Source of the DNA: Octopus sinensis
Taxonomy: Eukaryota
NCBI RefSeq assembly: GCF_006345805.1
Contig: NW_021832731.1
Span: 1 to 51,032, forward strand
Length of the DNA: 51,032 bases
Direction of reading: 5' to 3'
Shown: positions 39,060 through 50,894 of the stretch, in pieces
Layout of the letters: every line of letters begins with the position of its first letter
Numbering within the stretch: position 1 is the stretch's first letter
The notes under the pieces: generated by a model
Databases searched by the model: none
What the model was told of the DNA's origin: nothing
What the model saw: the letters and a program-made list of their open reading frames with translations, nothing else
Translations under genes and position numbers: made by a program

Positions 39060-39420
39060 AGGTCATGGAACAAAACGGGTCAGCCACTCTCTCTACGCGA
39101 GATATTGACATAAAACTACAACACTTTATGACAATCATACCAATCATATGCAGTAAGTTTGCTCCAGAGAGAATGCCACGTCAGCAAAAATATATAATAC
39201 CCAGGGATAGTGGGATTCTAATGAGACAACGACAAAATCTCAAATCGTGTGAATGGGCCCGGCCCCTAAAGGATAACAAACGATTAAACAAACATTGCTG
39301 GAGATCGAAAATGAACTCAACTCAAACACTCCCATGAAAAGGAGAAGGCAGAAAAGGGAGCCAAGGCTGTCAAAAATATTGAGACAAACCCTAAAGCCTT
39401 CTACTGATATGCAAGAGTCT
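39060..39420 (+). mobile_element. CR1/L2-group LINE ORF2 fragment (between endonuclease and RT)
   Basis: ...KYIIPRDSGILMRQR... / LLEIENEL / AVKNIETNPKAFY*YAR; the IxxNPKxFyxY motif is typical of CR1/L2/Jockey-group ORF2. Confidence 0.65.
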
Positions 39421-39447
39421 GCTTCAGTATGGTATTCTCTGAAAATA

Positions 39448-39480
<33 letters not shown>

Positions 39481-39994
39481 TAGATGTCCGTTTACGAAAA
39501 GAGTGAGAGTAGATGCATGATGATATATACATACACGCCACGTACATAGACTTTTATTGCCTCGTTCATAATCTCTCTTGATGGCGCACGTAAAGACGTC
39601 GGCGGTAGCTCTCATCTAGAATCTCTCAAGGCGACTCCTGCGAATTCTTCCCTGACCGTTTCCCCTCTTCTCTCCCTTACACATTCTTCGATGCCTACAA
39701 TTCGTTCAATCTTTTCGTAACTTATACAATGAAATTCAAAGACAATTACTCTTATACATACAATTCCTGATACACTTTTCTTCGTGTCTTTTTTCAATAT
39801 TTTTCTCTATTTTTCGTGTCATAGTCTAAAATACTCGACAACGACGGCAATAATGTCAAGTACAGTGTTGTCTTATTGTTAATTTCGTAACGACTGGTAC
39901 TGAAATATTTGCCTGTAGACTTACGCAATCAGTCAATCAACACTTAAGCCCCAGTCAACGCTTTTATTGGTTTCAAACTTTGACACAGAGTCAG

Positions 39995-40182
39995 TAATTT
40001 GTGGGGAAAGAATGAGTCGATTGCATTGTCACCAGGGTTCAACTCGTATCTGTTTTATGGACCCCGAAAGGATGAAAGGCAAAGTCGACCTCGGTGGAAG
40101 CTGAGCTCAGAACGTAAAGACGGACGAAATGCTTCTAAGCGATTTGCTCAGCGTGCTAACGTTTCCGGCCAGTTCGCCGCCT
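39995..40182 (-). mobile_element. SINE family A monomer
   Basis: ccccgaaaggatgaaaggcaaagtcgacctcgg...ctcagaacgtaaagac...gtgctaacg..ccggccagttcgccgcct. Confidence 0.85.
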
Positions 40183-40538
40183 TCATCCGCACCAATATCG
40201 TAATGCGTTAATCTGTATCTTCATTGTTGAGTTCGTCTCTCAGTAAATGTCCTATTGTTGTTCTTAATTTTCCTCTAAAATAATGACCTTAAGTCAACCT
40301 TACATCTACTCAACTATTCATTCCCTCACACACGCACGCACACACACACATACACACTCAAACTAACACTGGATACTAATTATAATGAATCTCACAGTCC
40401 TATTCTTTTGTTACTTTACAGACTGCCCTGGACTTAAAAAATGTTGAGGTAACCATGAAAAGCAAGCACACTAGAACAATGCAATTCATGGTAAGTCAAA
40501 ACTACTTTCTTAATTTTCAAATTTTCTTGGGTCGTGAA

Positions 40539-41451
40539 TTTACCTCGGAGGTATTGTTTTCAGTTGTATTTGTTTGTTTATCCGTGGACAAGATATCTCA
40601 AGAACCGCTGGATGGATTCGGATGAAACTTTCAGGGATGTTTGGCCTTGTGACTGGTACGAACTGATTAGATTTTTGGATCGACCCGGTACCGGACAAGG
40701 ATTCTGGATAATTTGTTATATTTACTTTGCTTTACGTGATTACGATCTTACGTTGACTTTCAAGTCATTCTCAATTATCTCCCTTCAGGCTGTTTCCAAG
40801 CTTTTATTTTCGTTTCTCTATTATTAATACTACTCGCGTTTCTATGTAGAAACTGATGGATAAAGAAATCAAACTACATAAACAAACTGTAGCAAAACCG
40901 TTCAGAAATTAAATAACGCTCTCATATTTTTATAAATGTTATACATTATACATATTAACACTTTACAATATACTTACCTATATTTATACAACTATACACC
41001 GATCTAAAACAGCAGGAATACTAAAGGAAGGCCGGAATTTAAGAGAAGAAAAAAACCAAAAGGTCTCATGCTATTCATTTCAAAATTCCTGAGTAGAACT
41101 TATTATTATTACCTCCGCCTCTGAAACTATTTTGAATGATGAGTTTGTTAACTTTGGCTTGTATTAGATAAGGATAAACTATTTATTACTATTACTAAAT
41201 TTTCTACAGCCACCTTCACATTCCATGACTACTATTGGGATCAATCAGGTACCAAACAAGGATTCTGGGTTATTTTTCCGGTTTTTTAACTAAATTTTTG
41301 AGAGCGGTCGGGTTCATTTTTAGTATTCTCGTTTGTGAGAGCAGTCGAGTTTATTTCAGATATTCTCATTTTAAAAATCACCTCTGGCTAATCGTTCAGA
41401 GGACGTTGGTGTTGCCTTGGTGGAGGTTTGTGCTCTCTGAGTGTTCTTGTT
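40539..41451 (+). mobile_element. Helentron-associated non-autonomous element (HINE/DINE-1-like), with an internal insertion or duplication
   Basis: 5' tttacctc[..]ggaggtattgttttc..gtttgtttatc..ctggatggattcggatgaaactt. 3' ccttggtggaggtttgtgctctctgagtgttcttgtt, carrying a subterminal IR and short terminal stem. A second ttattacctccgcc at ~41105. Confidence 0.7.
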
Positions 41452-41854
41452 CCGTGTTATTTTCTTTCCGAATAAAAAAGAGTATGCTGAGATCTCCAGC
41501 GTAAATTGACATCAGAAATTTTGATACAGCAAAAGATAAAACAAAATGCCGCCATCTCGGATTAGATTTCAAAACTTTAGAATATTCAAAACATTGGTAT
41601 CTTTAAGATGGATCCTGTAACAAGACTTGGACAGACGAGTATCAGAAAGATAGACAATTCCATCCCGTGATATGATAAATGTATATGCATGTGTGTGTGT
41701 GTGTGGTGTATGTGTGTGTGTGTGCGTGTGTGTGTGTGTGTGTTTCAGTAAAATGTGACATCCAGTGGGTGTAGTCATGTGGAAGGAAAGCCGTTCCAAT
41801 AAATTTTAAGAAATTCAAAGAAAATGCATACATATGTGTGTGTATATATATTAT

Positions 41855-41896
<42 letters not shown>

Positions 41897-42272
41897 AGGG
41901 GATGTGATATAATACCATTCCACAGCCATACCAACAATCCAATAACTATTCCACATATACACAAACAGCCATACCAACAATCCAACATACTTCCATCATC
42001 AGCTGCCCCACAGATATCACTATGGTTTCGACACCTGTGCAGTACTATTCAATCCGGTGGTGTCGACAGCACTAAAATAAGTGGTGTCTGGGAACAAACA
42101 TACCAAAGAAACCACAACTTTCAAACACTTTTACCCTCTGTACAACCGTATCGATAAGTAAATTCCATAAGTAAATTACAACCAACTCCTAAATACGTAA
42201 CTAAACAGCGACAACTGTATTAAGTCATACAAAAATTATAAGCCGTACCGTCTTCCGTATTATAAGTCAAAT

Positions 42273-42354
<82 letters not shown>

Positions 42355-42355
42355 T
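42273..42355. repeat. (AGAT)n microsatellite
   Basis: Perfect run. Confidence 0.98.
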
Positions 42356-42431
42356 GGTATTCGATTTCATCGTAAATGTTTTGCTATGCCACCTCCCCTT
42401 ATTATTATCATTATTATTATTATTGTTGTTT

Positions 42432-42568
42432 GCCATCAAAGTAACACTGGGGCACACTAATACCCATCATATACACCTATCAAGACTACCCGTTTGATAA
42501 GGGTACAATAGGCACATGCATCACAACCATAAGTGCACGACATGGTGATCTCATATCAAGATAACAGC
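42432..42568 (-). mobile_element. Truncated copy of the 28379-28938 element
   Basis: gccatcaaagtaacactgggg...gataagggtaca..aggcaca..catcacaaccat..gtgc.cgacatggtgatctcatatcaagataacagc. Confidence 0.85.
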
Positions 42569-42677
42569 TGCTCTTTCTAGTAGTCGAATGTCCTATATGG
42601 CCATTCCTTTATTTTATATATTATATATATATATATATATAATATATATATAATATATATATATATATATGCTATAT

Positions 42678-42757
<80 letters not shown>

Positions 42758-43439
42758 CTATATATATATTGCATATATATACATATAATATCTCTACATA
42801 TGCACTGCACACAGATATATATAAACAAATACACACACACACACACGCTTATGTATATATAACTGTGCGCATGTGTGACTGCATAATGATGTGTTGCTTC
42901 GCGTTTGCGTATATGGTTGTGTATATATGCGGGGGATGTCTGAGCTACAGCAAGAATATGTAAAATGTTAAAGTCAATGCATTAACAAATTGATCTCAAG
43001 AGGGATGACAGCCTTTCCTATCGACGGTGGAGAGCGAGCGGATTACAGCAACGTCATTTCCACCCACACCAACAGAAATACAAGCAAACAACATGCATCT
43101 ATGTGTCTGCATGTATATACTTACATTCGCGCACTTTATATATGCGTGCGTGCTTGTGAGTGTACATATATAAGTGTGTGTGTGTATGTGTGTGAATGTG
43201 CGTAGTGAGCGTGTTTGTGTGTTGAATGTGTAGGTGTGTTTGAATGTGGGTGTGTTTGAATGTGTGTGTGTGTATGTTTGTACATATGAACATTTATATA
43301 TACATATACATACATACATACATACATACATACATACATACATACATACATACATACATACATACATACATACATACATACATGCATAGACATAAAAAAA
43401 CATTTATTTAAGAATTTTGGAGGAAATCAAGGATGTTGG

Positions 43440-43630
43440 CTTAAAGCGGCGAAAGAAACAAAGATCTACAGAATATTTCTGAAAATTTCCGTTCTGGGTT
43501 CAAATCCTGCATAAGCCAGATATAACTTTAACTCCCTCGCTGGCTGGTAAAATGCAGCATTAATCAAGGCCTCGGAGTAAAGGTAAAGACTAACCTCCTT
43601 TCCTTAAAATTGTTGGCCATGTTTTTAAAT
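43440..43630 (+). mobile_element. SINE family A-like, highly degenerate
   Basis: ccgttctgggttcaaatcctgc...ccttaaaattgttggccatg. Confidence 0.5.
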
Positions 43631-43702
43631 CAGAAACCATCGACATCATCATCATCATCATCATCATTATCATCATCATCATCATTATTATTATTATTAT
43701 TA

Positions 43703-43755
<53 letters not shown>

Positions 43756-43756
<1 letters not shown>

Positions 43757-44142
43757 AGGCGGTGAGCTGGCAGAAAGGTTAGCACGCCAGATGAAATGCT
43801 TTGTGGTGTTTCGTCCGCCGCTGCGCTCTGAGTTCAATTTCCGCCGAGGTCGACTTTGCCTTTCATCCTTTCGGGGTCGATTAAATAAGTACCAGTTACG
43901 CACTGGAGTCGATATATTCGATTTAATCCGTTTGTTTGTCCTTGTTTGTCCTCTCTGTGTTTAGCCCCTTGTGGGTAGTAAATAAATAGGTATTTCGTCT
44001 ACCACTATGTCGTGAGTTCAATTTCCGCCGAGGTCGACTTTTCCTTTCATCATTTCAGGGTCGATAAATTAAGTAGCAGTTGAATACTGGGATTGACTCA
44101 TCCTCGCCTCCCCGAAGCTGCCCTCGTAGGCAAAAATTTTAA
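43756..44142 (+). mobile_element. Dimeric SINE family A between (ATT)n tracts
   Basis: Two ctgagttcaatttccgccgaggtcgactt units separated by the same linker as in 13607-13990. Confidence 0.9.
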
Positions 44143-44158
44143 ATAATAATAATCATTA

Positions 44159-44224
<66 letters not shown>

Positions 44225-44240
44225 CATTATTATTATTATT

Positions 44241-44776
44241 GCCTTTGCACAGCTTCTAACGCTGGAGATGTACTACGGTGTCAGATGTTCACTACCAGTG
44301 AACTATGGTAACACCCCTTATTTTTCGAGCGGTTCCAAGCAGTGCTGCTTTCTGCAAATGCTCCCCTTTCATTGCAGCCCCTATTTGTTCCATGTTCTTC
44401 TCAATATTTTTACTCAGTTTCCAGGGCCCCGACAATTATTGTTTCTACTACCACTGTTTTCAGCAAACACAACTGCTAACCTCCCAAGCTAACCTTTCAT
44501 ATCTATCGACTTTTCTTTCTTCCTTATCGCATACCTTGTCAGCTGAGCATGCTATATCTATTATCCAGCATAGTTTGTTTTGTTTCTCAATTAAGACTAT
44601 GTCTGGCTTCCTGTTTTCTATCTCATGGTCGCACTGAATCATTAAATCCCACAGGATCTTTGCATCATCCTTTTCGACGATGCCTTCAAGTTTGTGGTCG
44701 TACCAATTTTTTCTCTGTCAAGTCCATACTTGTTGCAAAGTGTCCAATGGACAAGCCTTGCTATATTGTTGTGGCG

Positions 44777-44779
<3 letters not shown>
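44241..44779 (-). mobile_element. 5'-truncated R4/Dong-like non-LTR retrotransposon (RLE domain + short 3'UTR) embedded in (TAA)n
   Basis: KRHNNIARLVHWTLCNKYGLDRE / NWYDHKLEGIVEKDDAKILWDLMIQCDHEIENRKPDIVLIEKQNKLCWIIDIAC..DKEERKVDRYERLAWE / IIVGAL / HLQKAALLGTARKIR. (ATT)n abuts both ends; 3'UTR hairpin gttcac-N5-gtgaac. Confidence 0.9.
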
Positions 44780-44815
<36 letters not shown>

Positions 44816-44869
44816 GTTATTATTATTATTGGTCTTGTGCCTATAGTTGAAAGGTTTATTATAAATTGG

Positions 44870-45085
44870 TGACGTGATAGATTCGTTGGAACGACTGACA
44901 AAATTCCTTGCAGTATTTATTCCCCCTCTTTACTGTCTGAGCTCAAGATCTTCCGAGGTCTCCTTTGCCATTCATCACTCTCGAGATCAATAGAATGAAG
45001 TTCCATTTAAATACAGTGATTGACGCCAATGCTATCGATTTACCCCCTCACTGCTCAAAATTGCTGGCTCTGTGTCTAATTATAA
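44870..45085 (+). mobile_element. SINE family A, degenerate
   Basis: ctgagctcaagatcttccgaggtc...gatttaccccctc...caaaattgctggctctgtg. Confidence 0.65.
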
Positions 45086-45346
45086 ACCTCTATTATTGTT
45101 GTCGTCGTCATCATCATCGTGCTTACTTTCATCCTCATCATCATCGCCATCGTGTCTTTACCAGGCTTATGCAAATTTCTACTGCACCACTCCAAGCCTG
45201 CCCGTCTCCTTTGTGTGCCTGTTGTCTTGTCTTTTGGGAATATAGAAATGTATCTTATACGTTAAATTGGTTTTGCATCGTTGCGGGGTTTGTTGTTTTT
45301 GGCACATAACATTTCGTCCATTTCGTGTAAGAAGTACGCAGTCTAT

Positions 45347-45736
45347 GCAATAATAAATCTCTGAACGAGATGTAAACAGTAACCGCTCGACAATGTAAAG
45401 TATACTAGCCATCAATATAGCTAACCACTAATGGTGGGTGTTACTGTAGCTTTTAGCCCCAGGAGATCATCGTCTCAAGCTGGCTTTAGGCACACTATCT
45501 GTGCCCTTATGGTATTTGCAAAAGGAGGTCACCCCTTTCTCGTAAGCCTAAGTGATACGTACGGACTACAGGTTCGAGGTGTTTGCCTCTTGTCAACGCA
45601 CGGTAATCACCGGTTTACGATGAAAAGGAAGACCTGTATGCAAATACTTAAGGGTTTTTCTAGTAACTTCCATCACTGATTTCGAAAAACTGTCTGCAAG
45701 CAATAATAAATATCTGAACGAGATGTAAACAGTAAC
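45347..45736. mobile_element. ~316-bp structured insert bounded by 37-bp direct repeats
   Basis: gcaataataaat(c/a)tctgaacgagatgtaaacagtaac at 45347-45383 and 45700-45736 (36/37 identical). Confidence 0.75.
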
Positions 45737-45924
45737 TCGCAGATGAATTATTTTGTTGGGTTCTGTTTCTATTTTGTTATTTGTTTTAGTTTTGTGGTGC
45801 TGTGATTATACAGAGTATGTGCAATGTGGGTTCTGTTATAATAATCGGTAGCGCACTCGTAGTTGCTCTCGTTGATGTGATGTCGGATATTGGTTATGCA
45901 AGTGTATCACAACATATGCTGTTA

Positions 45925-46420
45925 GACTTATCAGACCATCGGGAAAACAGATTTGTGGTACTTAGTCCGGCAGTTTACATTCTGAGTTCAAATACCGCCT
46001 ACGTCAACTTTGTCTTTCCGTCTTCGAGGAGTCGACGAAATATACTATGATTAAAGTGCTGGGATCGATGGTTTCCGGGAGTCAACCCCACTACCAAAGC
46101 GTTGGCCTCGTACCTTGGCAGACTCGTCAGCGGCATTTCGTCCGTCTTTTCGGGGTCGATAAATAAATACTAGCTGAGCACTGGAGTCGATGTAATTTCC
46201 GGCCTTGTGCCTATAGTAGACCGGATTGTTATTACTGGCGAGCTTGTAAAATCCTTAGCGCGTCAAGCAAAATGTATTTACGTTATGAGTTAATATATAA
46301 CTTTGTCTTTCATCGTTTCAGGGTCGATGAAATAAGTACAAATCAAAGACTGGGGTCGATGTAATCGACTAACCACCCCACTACCGCCATAATTCCAAGC
46401 CTTGTGCCTATAATAGAAAA
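45925..46420 (+). mobile_element. Cluster of about three tandem SINE family A fragments
   Basis: Repeated ctgagttcaaat / ggggtcgat(a/g)aa.taa.tac / ctgg(a/g)gtcgatgtaat / gccttgtgcctata motifs. Confidence 0.8.
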
Positions 46421-46465
46421 GATAATTATTACAATTATCATTATTATCATTATTATAATTATTAT

Positions 46466-46637
46466 CGGAAGGTGAAAGTAGACAGGGAAGTGCTGCCCTC
46501 TAGTGTATTGATCCAAAGGTGGACGGGAATGGCAAGACTGGTAAGACTGAAGTGATTCACTCTGAGTTTGCTTTTTCTAAGCAGGAGCAAATAAACTCGA
46601 AGAGGGCATTTGGGATGGCAACGGAATGCTGTATTTT

Positions 46638-46680
<43 letters not shown>

Positions 46681-46914
46681 CGTAGGATTTACCCCGAATT
46701 ACCCTAGGGTGACTGCCCTGCTATTGGGGATTCTAATTATTTACCAAATTATGTATTTTCCTAATTTTTAGTATACATCCATTGGTGTCTACTTTAATGT
46801 GGTAGTGTCTCGTTTTGGTCGATGTAAACCCCTCCTGTTTTTGTTTTTGTGTGTTGTAATGCGTCCTTTGATATGTCCTCCATGTCTTGGGCCCCTGTAG
46901 CCAATAAAAGAAAT
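46466..46914 (+). mobile_element. Probable L1/Tx1-like LINE 3' end (ORF2 C-terminus, 3'UTR with internal (TA)n, AATAAA, (CAT)n tail)
   Basis: KVKVDREVLPSSVLIQRWTGMARLVRLK*, followed by UTR ending gccaataaaagaaat and a trinucleotide tail; flanked 5' by (ATT)n. Confidence 0.45.
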
Positions 46915-46977
46915 CATCATCACCATCATCATCATCAACATCATCATCATCATCAGTATTATTATTATCGTTGTGGT

Positions 46978-47350
46978 TCAGGCCGCAAGCTGGCAGAATC
47001 GTTTGAGCGCCGGGAAAAATGCTCAGCGGTATTTCGTGGGTCTTTGCGATCTGAGTTCAAATTCTGCCGGGGTCGACTTTGCCTTTTATGCTTTTGGGGT
47101 CGATAAAATAAGTACGAGTTGAGTACTAGGGTCGATGCAATCGACTATCCCCCTCCCCAAAATTCCAGGCCTTGTACCTTTAGCAGAAATGATTATTATT
47201 ATTATTATTGTTGTTGTTGTGGTGGTGGTCGTTGAGTTGGCAGACTCGTCAAAGCGTTCTGGTTTCACATCCGCCTTCGTCATCAATACATTTGATCTTT
47301 GTGGGTCGATATACCAATCAAGTACTGAGGCCAATGTCATCGACCAACGG
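46978..47350 (+). mobile_element. Two SINE family A copies (46978-47190 full monomer; 47235-47350 degenerate)
   Basis: ggccgcaagctggcagaatcg...ctgagttcaaattctgccggggtcgactttgcc...gggtcgatgcaatcgact...ggccttgtacc. Confidence 0.85.
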
Positions 47351-47519
47351 CTTTCAACTCATAACCACTAGCCATATATAACCCCGTATCAAAAAAGCAA
47401 TTCATCTTATAAGGTAGATGCAGTGTAGATGAAATGCCAGGTGAGCAGATTGTGTTGCTTAGTGCGATTACCTGTTGATTGTCTTATGAGGATTACGATA
47501 AACAAACGGGTAGTAACTA

Positions 47520-47650
47520 TATAGGCATAGGCGGGCTTGCTTCCCAACCACAGTGTCATGGCTTCAGTCCCACTGCGTGGAACCTTGGGACGACCAAAGA
47601 CTTGCGAATGGATATGGTAGACGGAAACTAAAAGAAACCCGTCGTATATA
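47520..47650 (+). mobile_element. SINE family B 5' fragment with internal deletion
   Basis: ataggcataggc..gcttgcttcccaaccac...ttcagtcccactgcgtggaaccttggg...gtagacggaaactaaaagaaacccgtcg. Confidence 0.8.
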
Positions 47651-48355
47651 TATATATATATATATATATATTATGTTTTTGAAGTGTCAAGTATCTGGCG
47701 TATAATGTAGGTTGTATCTATCGACGTTAAGAAATTAATTGCTTAAAACATCATTAATATGGTTTATCGTTTGTTCATGTCCAGTCGTTACTGGACAGAT
47801 TATATATCTCCTCTTAGGCAATCCTTTGATCAAATGGTTCGAGATGACAATTAGAGCAGAGAGGTTTTTTTTTACATGACTTTGATTACTAAGTCAAAAT
47901 TGTTTGATTTGATCCTTGAGTCTGTCTGGGCAACCACGTCCCAGAGAGTAAGTGGCCAGGCCGTTGTCAGTCATGTATCGAGTTTGCTAGATGTTTATGC
48001 GAATATATGACACGGTGAAACGTGTTTTATGTTGTTTTGTGATACAAACGAGAATTCTAACGTTTCGAATGCTTGTCCTTCATCATAGACAGAAGGAGAG
48101 ATCCATCATAGTGCAAATATTGGGATACAATCTTGCGAATGAAGAAAACAACCCCTGCCCCTACTTTAAATTTTCAAGCCTTATGCGAAAATTTAAATAT
48201 TTATTACGAATATTGTCGTTGTTGTTGTTATTGTTGTTGTTGTTGTTGCTATTTTATTATTATTGCTGTCTTCGGCATCATCATCATCGCTATTATCATT
48301 ATCACCACCATCGCCATCACGAGCAACCTCAACACAACACCAATTACTATCGCAG

Positions 48356-48392
<37 letters not shown>

Positions 48393-48548
48393 TATTATCG
48401 TCGTCGTCGTCGTCGTCATCGTTGTGGCCCTCATTATTAACATCATTTCTCTAATTCCCTCAACGCTGTAATAATTACATTAGCCGAAGCAAATACATTG
48501 GGATCGAAAACACAAACGAACGAAATGAGAGATCGAACGAGTGAATGA

Positions 48549-48551
48549 GGA

Positions 48552-48595
<44 letters not shown>

Positions 48596-48596
48596 G

Positions 48597-48643
<47 letters not shown>

Positions 48644-48668
48644 AGAAAGAAAGAAAGAAAGAAAGAAA
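48549..48668. repeat. (GAAA)n microsatellite
   Basis: Tetranucleotide run. Confidence 0.98.
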
Positions 48669-48936
48669 AAACAAAAGAAAGAACATATGCACGCAAGAAG
48701 CGTAGTAAGAAGTCAACAGCAAATGAACGGAATGAAAAAAAATAAATAAAAGACAAACAAACGTAGAAACGAATAGAAATAACTAAAAGAATACGAGTAA
48801 ATAAATAAATAAATAAATAAATAGATAGATAAATAAATAAATGGTTGCTACCATCATGGGATCCAATTATATCAGTCTCGCAGTAAATTATCTGGTGCAC
48901 AAGTAACAAACTTCATATATGTTATATATCTTATAT

Positions 48937-48969
<33 letters not shown>

Positions 48970-49157
48970 TATATATACACATCATTATATATATATATAT
49001 GCACATACACACATATATTTACACACATATACACATATATATATATGTATATATATTATATATGTGTGTGTGTGTATATTGTGTAAATATATACCTACAT
49101 ATATATATACTGCATATAGGTGCACCACGAAGAACATATATGTGTATATGTATATAT

Positions 49158-49206
<49 letters not shown>

Positions 49207-49674
49207 CATATATACACATATACATCAATATGTATAGAGAGAGAGAAGGGGACAGGAGGAGAGGGGAAGAGGAGAGCGAGAGGGAGAAAGAGAAAGAGGG
49301 AGAGAGAGAAAGAGGGAGAGAGAGAGAGAGACGGACAGGCAGAGAGAGAGTTGTTTTGTAACGGTTTGGTGAGGGTTTCGCATGGATTCTTTGGACTTGA
49401 TACTTGTATCACGTTGTTGGTTTGTGTTTTGTTTGTGGAGTCTTTTTTTAGTAGAGGAATGTTCTGTTGGGGGTAGGGGAATGGGGTGACGTTTTATAAT
49501 TTCTGGTTTTTATATCTTTTTTTTTTTTTGCTGAGTCCCCTTTTATTTTTTACACAATTTTTTACAATTTCAATTGCTGTTAGTTGCATGTGGTTGTTAC
49601 AGTCTCACACATCCCACGAGCAATTAATTCCTTCCTATTCTACCACGCACAAACATACACACATATACATACAT

Positions 49675-49716
<42 letters not shown>

Positions 49717-50224
49717 GCACACACGCTCATGTAGTAGAGTTTATTTGGTTTCCTAAATTGAACGATTGCATGTTTCCCTAGTTCTCAGGCTTTTTATACA
49801 TTTTCGATTGCGTTGCGACGCAATGAAGAAGAAAAACCTATTTTAAATAAATGTTTATATTGTATGTGTGTTAGTGTGTGTGAATGTTTATGTATACCTG
49901 TATTTATACGCATATATATATCAACATATATATAATAAGGATATCCTCACATGACCATCTTAGCTGTCTTTATAACAGTCACCTTGTGAATCCATTCCCT
50001 TTATTTTTAAGACGATATGGTATTATTCGAAGGATACTTGACAGCTATTTTTTGGAAATGAGTCAAGCAACCACTTTCAGGTTCTTTCATAACAATATTT
50101 TTAAAGAACGCTCATTAAAATTTGTGAAATCTCTTTTATTAGAAATGCGTGAATTGTGCAGATATAGCTTCCGTTTAATAATTCCCTGACGTCCCGATGA
50201 CATGCCAAAACCCCACAAAAACGT

Positions 50225-50378
50225 TTCCTATATGGCTACAAGCTCGTTCTGTGGCCTCGTAGATTTGGGTTCAGCCCCATTGCACAGACTCTTGGTTAAC
50301 AGTCTCTTTGAATGACGCCGAGCCAATACCATATTATGAATTTCGTAGATGAAAAAATTGTGTAAGCCCACCGTCGCT
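50225..50378 (+). mobile_element. Degenerate family B-like SINE head
   Basis: gggttcagccccattgc...cttgg...gagccaa...gtagatgaaaaa..gtgtaagcccaccgtcg. Confidence 0.5.
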
Positions 50379-50552
50379 AGCCACTACACATTCTTTATTT
50401 TCTCTCCTTGTTTCTTTCTGTGTTCTTTCTGTGGAAGAGCGTAGGCTCGAAACGTTAAAGACTTTTTCACTTACTGAGCGTTAAACTAATACATCCGTTT
50501 ATTGTCTACACCACAAATCTTCGTCTTTTGTTTTTTTTGTGAATTCTCCCCT
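50377..50552 (+). mobile_element. Short repeat with hammerhead-like motif, copy 1 (Penelope/retrozyme-type candidate)
   Basis: Direct homolog of 50895-51032; TCTTT-CTGTGGA-A-GAGC(gtag)GCTC-GAAA-CG-TT-AAAGA at 50424-50461. Confidence 0.6.
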
Positions 50553-50569
50553 ATATATATATACATATG

Positions 50570-50605
<36 letters not shown>

Positions 50606-50894
50606 ATACATATATAAGGCGAGATGAGTTTAAGCTAGGCGTGGTGAGAGCCACTGATGATGCATTTTCATCAGAACGTAAAATCATCGATGACCTGGTT
50701 GTAACTGCGACCATGGGGAGCTTGTCTCCTTTGTCAGCTCATTAAGGTAGTGTTTTCGTTGGCTACTGAGTTGTTTTGACACTTATTTCTAGCAATACTG
50801 GTGCTAATTAATGCCCTTGTTTACTCTGTAATGACGTGTAAATGTTTGCCTTTAGGTTGTAAAATTGTGAATCAGCCACCCATATTATATATAT

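Noticed and set aside
39550-39730. Complex GC-richer segment with short open frames on both strands
   Set aside because: No good acceptor site, no recognisable peptide, and frames close quickly.
48889-48911. tatctggtgcacaagtaac, resembling a Mos1-type mariner TIR start
   Set aside because: Solo motif with no partner TIR or transposase sequence nearby.
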